From: Promethearchaeota archaeon
Lineage (GTDB): Archaea; Asgardarchaeota; Thorarchaeia; Thorarchaeales; Thorarchaeaceae
Assembly: GCA_014728035.1 (NCBI GenBank)
Contig: WJMJ01000123.1
Location: 32,001-96,000 of the forward strand
DNA: 64,000 nt
Reading direction: 5' to 3'
The translations under genes and the position numbers were made by a program. The notes beneath the pieces are model-generated. The model did no database searches and had not been told where the DNA came from. It was given only the letters and a program-made list of their open reading frames with translations. Positions 56,485 through 64,000 of this stretch are shown one piece after another (position 1 is the first letter of the stretch; each line of letters opens with the position of its first letter).

Positions 56485-56790
56485 TTATTGTGATTCCAAT
56501 AATTGATCACTATCTCGTTTGATTCCAATCACAGTACGAGTGTTTTCAATATACCATCTGGTCTTATCACGGAAATGAGGCCAGAATTTAAAGAACATCT
56601 GTGGGTCGTCCGTTTCTACAACGAGAAATCCACTCCACTCCGTTCCCCAGGCGTATCTATAATCACCTACAATCCTCAATTCCTTGGGCCAACTTTCTTC
56701 TGAAAACTTCATCCAGAATTCTTTTGCTTCTCTAGCTTCTTGTTCCGCCATTAATTTGTATCTATAGAATACCAAGAATCCATAGGTCAT
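56485..56790 (-). CDS. Small dimeric alpha+beta barrel protein; paralogue of 10647-10988
   Basis: Start re-assigned to MTYGFLVFYR (56790), which removes the overlap with the divergent nuclease gene. Confidence 0.7.
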   Translation of the reverse strand: MTYGFLVFYRYKLMAEQEAREAKEFWMKFSEESWPKELRIVGDYRYAWGTEWSGFLVVETDDPQMFFKFWPHFRDKTRWYIENTRTVIGIKRDSDQLLESQ

Positions 56791-56862
56791 CTCATCTACA
56801 CCTATGTCATATGCAGTCGGTGGACTAAAAAAGATTCGCGCTTGTGCTAATTTGGATATGCC

Positions 56863-57594
56863 ATGGATCCAAGTAGTGAAGATATTGTCAGAAGAGACTA
56901 CAAGCACGGCAAGATTGCATATGGATTTCAGTGGAATATGGCAAGACATCGTGACTTGGGAAACACAGAAGGTGACTTAGCTTCTCTTTGGGCTCACCTG
57001 TTGAAAATAAAGAACGGAGTGATTCCTGAAGACCCCTTTCGGGACCCGTTCTATGGCCGTTCTTCCAAACTAAGGTTACCAAAAATGAGTTCACCTGCAA
57101 AATTGGCTTTTCGTAGAAAACTTGTTAGAAATGGAACTGTAATCAAGGATGTATCAAACCCCCTTGTATCGTTCATTAGGGATTTTCATTTTCAACGTGA
57201 TGATCACAGCTTTAGAGCGGATCATAGTATTCTTCAGGATTTTCTGTATGAAGATTCCCGCGCTATTGCAATTGAAGTCCCAGTTTGGTCTGAGCGATAC
57301 AAGATTTCTGGACACATTGATTTGATTCGTTTTTCAGATGAAAAAATTCAGGTTTGTGACTATAAACCAGGTCCCTTGGATAGTGTAGCAAAGCGTTTTT
57401 TGGATTCAATTCCTCAGGTCGCATCTTATGGAGAAATGCTATCGCACCACCTCTCTCAGACCCTTAGAAGTGCATTGGATGCATCTTTTCTTCCCAAAGT
57501 TGAGTGTTGTATCTTTGACACACATTCATGTTGGAGATTCGATTCTAATCTTTTTGTCACATTGGAAATGACAGATAAAATAGTCGGTCTTTAA
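56863..57594 (+). CDS. PD-(D/E)xK nuclease superfamily protein (RecB/Cas4-like motifs, no Fe-S cysteines)
   Basis: IEVPV...SGHIDLI...CDYKP...QVASY (motifs II, III and QxxxY). Confidence 0.82.
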   Translation: MDPSSEDIVRRDYKHGKIAYGFQWNMARHRDLGNTEGDLASLWAHLLKIKNGVIPEDPFRDPFYGRSSKLRLPKMSSPAKLAFRRKLVRNGTVIKDVSNPLVSFIRDFHFQRDDHSFRADHSILQDFLYEDSRAIAIEVPVWSERYKISGHIDLIRFSDEKIQVCDYKPGPLDSVAKRFLDSIPQVASYGEMLSHHLSQTLRSALDASFLPKVECCIFDTHSCWRFDSNLFVTLEMTDKIVGL

Positions 57595-58427
57595 TTTTGA
57601 CCATTATTATAGAGTGACATTTTCACGCTCTCTTCAATTAATGGACGCTCTGGAGAACTCCTTGACCATTTCAGTTGAAGTGTGGGGCGTTCTGAAACTA
57701 GTCCTTCTCTAATTCTTGAAAAGTAGTTTTCATTGAGTGTTCCAAATCTACCAAGAGCCGGATCAATAGGAATCCACCCTACGTTTTCAAGGAACACTTC
57801 TGCCCATGCATGAGGTTCAGGTTCTTGAGCCCCCCGATAATAATGTCCAACAACTCTTCTAGAAGGAATCTTGACGGCTCTAGTCAAAGCTATGAATAAA
57901 TCTGCGTGCTCATCACAATCCCCCTCTTTTCTTCGTGCTGCAAGAGCTGCACCCAACCTCTCATCTAGATGAGTTTTCAGCTTCACTTGTTCTCGCACAA
58001 CTTGAAATGCAATTTTTGAGTATGTCAAGTCATTATTGCTTCGTTCTGCAATCAACTCAGACAACTCTTGAATTATGGGTTCTTCAGTTTCCCAATACTG
58101 TTTCATGGAGCAGAATTGTCCACAAGTTCTTTTTATCTCGTTTTTTGTGGTTCTTTGTGGTTCCATTAACCAATCCCGAGTTGTAGTGTCCATTCTCATA
58201 ATTGCCGTAGGTTGAAAATTCTCTCCTGGGCTGAGTTCTGGTACTTTAATGATGGCTACCATGTTATTCTCCGCTTTTTCAACTACTCTGGCTGGTGGAA
58301 ATACATCAAACATTCGCACAAATTGGTTATCCATGTCTGTAAAAAGATGCCAAATCATCTTTCCATCTCTAATCTTTGATGAACCTCTGTTTCGTATGTT
58401 TGCTTCCATTTCCACCATAAGTCTCAA
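57591..58427 (-). CDS. Transglutaminase-like cysteine protease/hydrolase
   Basis: GDCDEHA, IPSRRVVG, HAWAEV...GWIPIDP (Cys-His-Asp triad). Confidence 0.9.
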   Translation of the reverse strand: MRLMVEMEANIRNRGSSKIRDGKMIWHLFTDMDNQFVRMFDVFPPARVVEKAENNMVAIIKVPELSPGENFQPTAIMRMDTTTRDWLMEPQRTTKNEIKRTCGQFCSMKQYWETEEPIIQELSELIAERSNNDLTYSKIAFQVVREQVKLKTHLDERLGAALAARRKEGDCDEHADLFIALTRAVKIPSRRVVGHYYRGAQEPEPHAWAEVFLENVGWIPIDPALGRFGTLNENYFSRIREGLVSERPTLQLKWSRSSPERPLIEESVKMSLYNNGQN

Positions 58428-58529
58428 ACGGTATTACCTCTGTCCTGTTCTAATTCAAAAACACATCCGAATAGATTTATGTGTTATCAGGACTTCTCTT
58501 TCAATATCACTTACTTTAGGTGTCGCGTA

Positions 58530-59996
58530 ATGTCTGATAAGAAAAAAGAGGCTGATGCTGATCGTTTGGATGTCAAAGATGCTGAAGGTGTAGTTGGCAA
58601 ATTGTTAGCTGAACTCGGTGTTGATGATGATATGAAACAGGAATTAGTTGATTCTGGGAGATTAAGTGGTGATGTCTTTCGAGTTGAAAGTGCAGACCAA
58701 GTACGTCGAAGAATTGAGATAGAAAAAAGTGGGGATAGGTTACGCGAAACCCTGCATTTGGTTGAGAGGTCTCTTATCTCAACAGAAGAAACAGTTGATA
58801 GTATTGAACGAGATATAATCCCCGTTGTTCTATCGTTTTTGGTAGGTCTAAAGGGGAAATTGGTTAATCTTAGAAATTCAGTTATCCAGAAGGGAAAGAA
58901 ACAAGCTAAGACTGCTTTGCAAGCTAATTATGTAGATAACCAAATCCGTGAAATCATGGAAACTGAATTTGAGGTGATTGAAAGTTCTCTTACTTCTGGA
59001 ATGTCTACACCCGTTCTACAAAAAGTACGAGACGTTGCTGAAGAATTAAAGCAGTCAGTCCGTTCTACTTATGATGACTTATCTAATCTAAAATCCAATT
59101 TTGATGATTACCTGCAGAAATCCGTCACTGAGATGGAATTTCTTGCGAAAGCATTGAGTATGAAACCTCGTGTTGAAGTACCAAAAGAAATTGAAGAAGA
59201 TATGAAGGCGCTTCAAAGAACTAATGAAGAACTAAAGAGAGATCTAGAATTGTCAAGACAAAAACTTGAGAATCGTGAATCTGACATCCAAAGACTTCGA
59301 GTTGATTTGTCAACCTCTAAACTCAGAATAGATTCTCTAGAAGATCAACTTGCTGATGCCAAATCCACTCCTACTGATATGGCTGATATTTCAGAATTAA
59401 GAATGAAAATCAAGAGCATTGAGGCATCTAGAGATTTACTCTCTCAAAAAGTAAACGAAGCTGAAGATCGTGCTGAAAAAGCGAAGGCCGAAGCGAGATT
59501 AGCAAAAGCAGAACTTGACAAGCGTGATTTGACCATTGCAGAGGTAAATACTAGAATTCGTCAGTTAGAAGAAGAGATTGAGGAAAGCAAAAAATTACAA
59601 TCTCGCGTGGATGACTTAAAGTCGCAGATCAGAACATTGGAATCTGGTGATCAAGTACGTGAACTTGGTCGAACAAAAACAGAACTAGAGAGAGCCAAGG
59701 CTAATCTCGATAGAATGTCAAAAGAATATGTTGAGATGCGACACAAACTTGATCATACTCTGGCTCGAATTGATTCCTATATGGGTGTCATGCAAAACAC
59801 AGAGAAAACCAAGGCCTTTCTGATGGTTGAAGAAACTGGTGAACTATCTATCAGAGAAGTAGCAAGATCTGTTGGAGTCAGTCCTGCGGTTGTTAGAACA
59901 TGGGCTGAAGACTTCCAAAAACTAGGAATTGCTGATTTGGTTGACGATACAACATTGGTATTAACGCTTGGGAAGAAAAAAGAAGATAGTGACTAA
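58530..59996 (+). CDS. Long coiled-coil protein with C-terminal winged helix
   Basis: Start moved to MSDKKKE (AGGTG RBS). More than 200 aa of heptads; C-terminal GELSIREVARSVGVSPAVVRTW HTH. No Walker motifs. Confidence 0.82.
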   Translation: MSDKKKEADADRLDVKDAEGVVGKLLAELGVDDDMKQELVDSGRLSGDVFRVESADQVRRRIEIEKSGDRLRETLHLVERSLISTEETVDSIERDIIPVVLSFLVGLKGKLVNLRNSVIQKGKKQAKTALQANYVDNQIREIMETEFEVIESSLTSGMSTPVLQKVRDVAEELKQSVRSTYDDLSNLKSNFDDYLQKSVTEMEFLAKALSMKPRVEVPKEIEEDMKALQRTNEELKRDLELSRQKLENRESDIQRLRVDLSTSKLRIDSLEDQLADAKSTPTDMADISELRMKIKSIEASRDLLSQKVNEAEDRAEKAKAEARLAKAELDKRDLTIAEVNTRIRQLEEEIEESKKLQSRVDDLKSQIRTLESGDQVRELGRTKTELERAKANLDRMSKEYVEMRHKLDHTLARIDSYMGVMQNTEKTKAFLMVEETGELSIREVARSVGVSPAVVRTWAEDFQKLGIADLVDDTTLVLTLGKKKEDSD

Positions 59997-60013
59997 TCAA
60001 AAAAGGAATAGTT

Positions 60014-60463
60014 TCATCTAATCCGAGCTAAAAACTCAACTATCTCTATAAGGCCATCGATGTTTAATGCATATTCATAGAGACTTTCAATATCACTTGG
60101 TTCACCTGAATTTCGGGACAGGTACGTTCTAACCGCTGGTTGTAGAATACTCCTAACGTACTCTTGCTTGAGGCTTTTCAGTGCTGTAAGGAGGTTATCT
60201 CCAAAAGACTCCTGTTCTAAATATCCCTGTATCTCATCAATTGAAACGATTTTCATTCCTTGAATTTGTTGCTGGAACTGTTTGTTGAAAATTGCCTGAT
60301 TTGCTAGAGAGCGATATTCATGAATTGCAAGGTCAAAATCCGTCATTGCCAACACCTTAGTTTCAGCACATTTCTCTAGAAACGGATGCCGCCTGATTGA
60401 GAGCGTTTCAAGCAGATCTCTAACTTTTTCTAGTCCTTTGGATTTTGACATTGAACCAACCAT
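60014..60463 (-). CDS. Hypothetical helical protein
   Basis: 149-aa ORF filling the gap, normal composition. Confidence 0.7.
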   Translation of the reverse strand: MVGSMSKSKGLEKVRDLLETLSIRRHPFLEKCAETKVLAMTDFDLAIHEYRSLANQAIFNKQFQQQIQGMKIVSIDEIQGYLEQESFGDNLLTALKSLKQEYVRSILQPAVRTYLSRNSGEPSDIESLYEYALNIDGLIEIVEFLARIR

Positions 60464-60557
60464 CTGATACTAGTGTTGTTTCCTTTTAACGATTTCATAA
60501 TTGGACCTTTCAATATACCAAAACAAGAATAAGACATGACGCTTATCTTATCATGAA

Positions 60558-61601
60558 ATGAGAGAAGCATTGCTTTATACGAAAATTAAGGATGGAGTAC
60601 GCTGTGACCTCTGTGCTAGAAGATGTGTCATTGAAGAGGGCAAGAGTGGCTTTTGCAGAGTTAGAGTTCTAGAAGACGGAAAACTATACTCAAAAGTATA
60701 TTGTAAGATTGATGGAATGGCTGCAGATCCAATAGAAAAAAAGCCACTGTTCCATTTTGCTCCTGGCTCCAAAGCTTTCTCTATTAGCACATCATCGTGT
60801 AATTTTCGATGCAAATTCTGCTTAAATTACCACTCTTCTCAAAGAGAGGAACCTGTAGGACGTGAACTAACACCAAATAAGATAGTTGAGTTGGCTATCC
60901 AAAATAATTGTGATGGTATTAGTTATACCTATACGGAGCCAACGATATTCATGGAAGTAGCGTTTGACACAGCAAAAAAATCTCATGAAAGAGGTTTATA
61001 CAACACCTTTGTAACTAATGGATATCAGACTCCTGAAGCTATAGAACTCATTGCTCCTTATTTGGATGCTGTAACTGTTGACTTCAAAGGAAGTGGAAAC
61101 AAGGAGTTCTATGAAAACTACATGGATGTTCCTAAAGTCAAGCCTATCTTTAACGCTCTTAAGAAGTTCAAGGAAGAAGGCATATTTATTGAAATAACTA
61201 ATTTGATTCTTCCTGAAGTGGGAGACTTGGAAAATGATACTACTCATCTGTCAAATTGGATTGTAGAAAATCTTGGTTCTCGTACTCCCTTGCATATTAC
61301 TGCTTTTTCACCAATGTACAAAATGCAGCACTTACCAAGAACAGATTCAGAAACACTGCAGCGTCATATTGAAATTGCTAAAAATGCTGGGCTGACTTTT
61401 GTCTATTCCGGTAACATTCCTGGTCATGATCACGAAAATACCTATTGTTTCAATTGTGGTTTCAAAGCCATTGAAAGATACTCGGTGTATCTTAAGAAAA
61501 ACAACTTGAATGAGGCTGGTCACTGTCCAAAGTGTGATGCTGATTTGAACATCTCGGGAGTCAAGTGGATGGGGCATGGGACCGGTCGAAAGCTCTTCTA
61601 A
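60558..61601 (+). CDS. amrS: AmmeMemoRadiSam system radical SAM enzyme
   Basis: CDLCARRC...GFCRVR, DPIEKKPLFHF.PG, CNFRCKFCLN, YTYTEP, YSGN.PG...T.C..C. Confidence 0.9.
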   Translation: MREALLYTKIKDGVRCDLCARRCVIEEGKSGFCRVRVLEDGKLYSKVYCKIDGMAADPIEKKPLFHFAPGSKAFSISTSSCNFRCKFCLNYHSSQREEPVGRELTPNKIVELAIQNNCDGISYTYTEPTIFMEVAFDTAKKSHERGLYNTFVTNGYQTPEAIELIAPYLDAVTVDFKGSGNKEFYENYMDVPKVKPIFNALKKFKEEGIFIEITNLILPEVGDLENDTTHLSNWIVENLGSRTPLHITAFSPMYKMQHLPRTDSETLQRHIEIAKNAGLTFVYSGNIPGHDHENTYCFNCGFKAIERYSVYLKKNNLNEAGHCPKCDADLNISGVKWMGHGTGRKLF

Positions 61602-61705
61602 GCTGCAAATTGCACAAAAATAATCAGATTAGAATAATTTGTAACGCGAATGTTCATGTAGAAGCATCGAACTAAGTTTATTTAGGCTCTTGAAGTATCG
61701 TTAAA

Positions 61706-62563
61706 GTGATGATGCAAGCAGAATTGGACGATGAGAAGGTTAGATACATCTCTATAGTCCGCAAAGAGGGCGGCGAGCCTATCATTGGAATACCTTATCG
61801 AGAGATGAGTGTAGACCCTGATCTTGTTGCGTCTTTTGTTCTTGCAATTATCATTTTTGAAAATCGGCAGCTCAAAACCTTTACCAAAGAAGGATATGTT
61901 GTAATTATTGAAGAAGGTGAGCAAGTAGTCAGTCTTTTAATTATTGACCGGGTTGAAGATGACTCCGCGTATAGAACTACTTTAGCAAAAATGACAGAAC
62001 GATTTGAGTCTGAATACGAATCTCTACTTGATGCTTGGAAAGGGGATATTAGACCCTTTCGAGAGTTTGCTTTGGGGATTCTTGAATCCTTTCCATATCG
62101 TATTCTGGATGAGTCATTGGTTCCTAAACTCGTAAGCAAGTCTGATGCTGCTCCTGATCATCGTTCTGAAATTCCGTGGAGCGTTGGAAAAACCCATGAG
62201 AAAATCCATAAGATTCTGAATTTTATTAACGGGAAACGGTCCATTGAAGAAATTGTCAGTACTTCAGGAATGCCAAAAAGCGAAGTAATGGCTATTTTTT
62301 CTTTACTTGACCGATATAATTGGGTAACACTATCTCCAAAAATCACACCCTCAGTGTGTTTGCAAAAAGTCACAAAACCACCCGATTTCCTTATTGCTGT
62401 ATATGGAGAACAAATCTCCAATCTTGTTGAGTTATGTGATGGTACTCGTACACTTGGAGAAGTGAGTGATATGCTTCCCTACAGCATTGAGGTAGTAACA
62501 GTCGTATCAAAAACCCTCATTGATTATGGTGTTCTTCGATACACCCCCGAGGAGGAGCAATGA
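61706..62563 (+). CDS. Longin-like domain + tandem winged-helix protein (NPRL2-like architecture), paralogue A
   Basis: N-terminal RYISIVRKEGGEPI...DPDLVASFVLAI...F (longin-type); C-terminal ILNFINGKRSIEEI and LCDGTRTLGEV wHTH repeats. Confidence 0.75.
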   Translation: MMMQAELDDEKVRYISIVRKEGGEPIIGIPYREMSVDPDLVASFVLAIIIFENRQLKTFTKEGYVVIIEEGEQVVSLLIIDRVEDDSAYRTTLAKMTERFESEYESLLDAWKGDIRPFREFALGILESFPYRILDESLVPKLVSKSDAAPDHRSEIPWSVGKTHEKIHKILNFINGKRSIEEIVSTSGMPKSEVMAIFSLLDRYNWVTLSPKITPSVCLQKVTKPPDFLIAVYGEQISNLVELCDGTRTLGEVSDMLPYSIEVVTVVSKTLIDYGVLRYTPEEEQ

Positions 62564-62671
62564 TGAGTCTACTATCAGAGTCCAACAGAACTTGGATACT
62601 TTTTTATAGACCAACAATGCAGAACTTGGAGGAGCAGTTACGTACCATCGAATTTATGTTTAGGAGTATGT

Positions 62672-63511
62672 GTGCATTTGGCTGTTGATGTATCTAGGAT
62701 AAGGTATGTATCAATAATTAGACTTGAAGGTGGTGAATCTATCTTGAGTCTACCATATGCCACCATGACCGTGGATCCAGATTTGATTGCTGGATTTGTT
62801 ACTGCGGTCATCATTTTTGCTAAAACCCCTATTCGGACGATACGAAAAGCAGCTTATGATATCCTCATAGAGGTTGGTAAACAAGTTCTTATTCTACTTG
62901 TTGTCGACCCTGTTCCTGATGAAACCCCCTATCGAAACCAACTAAAAGAAATACTCAAGAAATTTGAAACTCGTTATGAGGAATCTCTATCAGACTTTGA
63001 TGGTGATATCCGGCTTTTTCGAGAGTTTTGTTTCTCTATCCTTGTCCACTTTCCTTACCACCAAATAGATCATGATTTGGTCCCACTAAAACGTAAAGGC
63101 GAACAGATTCCATATAGAGTCGGTGAAGTGGACGAAAAGATGGAGGAGTTTGAGGATTTCATAAATGGTAAGCGTTCTCTCGGTGAGATTGTTAATCGAA
63201 TTGCATTGACTGATGGAGAGGTCATGGCTGTCGCTTCAGCATTAGCCAAATTCAAATGGATTCACTTTAAGAAACCACTAACCAATAAAGATGTTCTAGT
63301 AAGACTAGAATGTGACCCCATGGTTATAGAGAGATTGAAAGCACAATATGGTAAACCCGTAGATGACCTGATTAGATGTTTCGATGGCTCTCAGGAAATT
63401 CAGGAAATAACACAAACTTTGCCTTATGATACCAGTGCAATTTGGTTTCTAATCAATCTGTTAGTTGATACTGGATGTTTAGGTTTGGCGGGATTGCAAC
63501 CACTAGGCTAG
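62672..63511 (+). CDS. Longin-like domain + tandem winged-helix protein (NPRL2-like architecture), paralogue B
   Basis: RYVSIIRLEGGESI...DPDLIAGFVTAV; FINGKRSLGEI and CFDGSQEIQEI; GDIRxFREF shared with paralogue A. Confidence 0.75.
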   Translation: MHLAVDVSRIRYVSIIRLEGGESILSLPYATMTVDPDLIAGFVTAVIIFAKTPIRTIRKAAYDILIEVGKQVLILLVVDPVPDETPYRNQLKEILKKFETRYEESLSDFDGDIRLFREFCFSILVHFPYHQIDHDLVPLKRKGEQIPYRVGEVDEKMEEFEDFINGKRSLGEIVNRIALTDGEVMAVASALAKFKWIHFKKPLTNKDVLVRLECDPMVIERLKAQYGKPVDDLIRCFDGSQEIQEITQTLPYDTSAIWFLINLLVDTGCLGLAGLQPLG

Positions 63512-64000
63512 AGTATTTCATCCTGTCCGGGAACTCCAACAACATCACTTCTACATTGTTTGCAATGGAGAAATTGGGGGATAAAACTACTTGTTTCGTT
63601 ACGTGTTTTGTCCAATTCTTCTTGTGTTGGACTTCGATACCTTGTAGCACTATCCCATGGAATTAATGGTACAATGTTTTGTAATTTCGCACCGTGTTTC
63701 CGAATCTGTCTAGACAAATCCAATATTTCATTACCGTTGATTTCAGGAATTAAAATTGTATTAACTTTGATTAGAATTCCTGCTTCACTCGCATCACTGA
63801 TACCTGAAAGTTGTGATTCTAGAATATGTGAGGCCATATCAGAACCAGTAATTCTTTTTCCTTTGATTACTATCCATTCATAGATTTTTTCTATAGACGA
63901 TTCTTTTACTGATGACATTGTGACAGATACTGTTTCTACATTCAATTCTACAAGTTTCGATACACATGATGAGAGTAGTGTTCCATTTGTACTCAAGCAG
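63508..64000 (-). CDS. NifB-like radical SAM protein, C-terminal part (5' end outside the window)
   Basis: CLSTNG, TVSVT, KVNTILIPEIN, NIVPLIP, HCKQCRSD match the NifB-type C-terminal signature. Confidence 0.8.
   Translation of the reverse strand, partial: CLSTNGTLLSSCVSKLVELNVETVSVTMSSVKESSIEKIYEWIVIKGKRITGSDMASHILESQLSGISDASEAGILIKVNTILIPEINGNEILDLSRQIRKHGAKLQNIVPLIPWDSATRYRSPTQEELDKTRNETSSFIPQFLHCKQCRSDVVGVPGQDEIL

Noticed and set aside
56791-56949. N-terminal extension of the 56485-56949 ORF, and similar extensions at 48891-49007, 53491-53544 and 58479-58529
   Set aside because: They overlap neighbouring genes or promoters. Downstream starts give better RBS context, stop-start coupling or homology-consistent N-termini.
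56863-57594. Possible Cas4 / CRISPR adaptation module
   Set aside because: No four-Cys Fe-S motif, no cas1/cas2 and no repeat-spacer array in the window.
58530-59996. SMC/Rad50 call for the coiled-coil protein
   Set aside because: No Walker A/B, signature motif, hinge or zinc hook.
62560-62650. ATGATGA (box C-like) plus a repeated CAGAACTTGGA between the longin paralogues
   Set aside because: ATGATGA is the stop-codon context and no CTGA box D follows. Only two short copies of the repeat exist, so it is neither a CRISPR array nor a supportable sRNA; it may be a small operator.
1-64000. Mobile elements, prophage, rRNA or tRNA genes, and the remaining short alternative-frame ORFs in the track
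   Set aside because: No transposase, integrase or capsid motifs, terminal repeats or structured RNA genes were recognised. The short ORFs overlap better-supported genes and lack motifs.

Overview
Gene-dense, AT-rich archaeal chromosome segment, most likely from an Asgard archaeon of the Thorarchaeota type. This is inferred from F420-dependent Mer, full-length RPB5-like Rpo5, longin-domain proteins, split Alg13/Alg14 and 22-aa LRR proteins. It carries about 60 CDSs and no tRNA, rRNA, CRISPR array or transposase that I can support. Contents include DNA/RNA metabolism genes (RecJ/GAN-like DHH nuclease, HerA-like ATPase, DUF5814 SF2 helicase, beta-CASP nuclease, EndoQ, Nre, TatD, PD-(D/E)xK nuclease), transporters, surface proteins and a roughly 14 kb glycosylation locus (two sulfotransferases, GT4/GT2/GT-C enzymes, CapK-like ligase, Alg14/Alg13). 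The most interesting elements are: (1) two tandem full-length, eukaryote-like RPB5/Rpo5 paralogues outside the rpo operon, the second with its own promoter and a perfect 21-bp palindrome; (2) a tandem pair of longin + winged-helix proteins with NPRL2/NPRL3 (GATOR1)-like architecture; (3) a soluble protein with a syntaxin-like SNARE-motif heptad pattern; (4) a candidate RdgC-fold protein with a basic N-terminal tail; (5) a two-gene, three-repeat unknown membrane module inside the glycan locus; and (6) recurrent bacterial-style hairpin + U-tract terminators. A 41-aa desulforedoxin gene and the left-edge RecJ-like gene are missing from the ORF track. All family calls come from motif recognition by eye; no searches were run.
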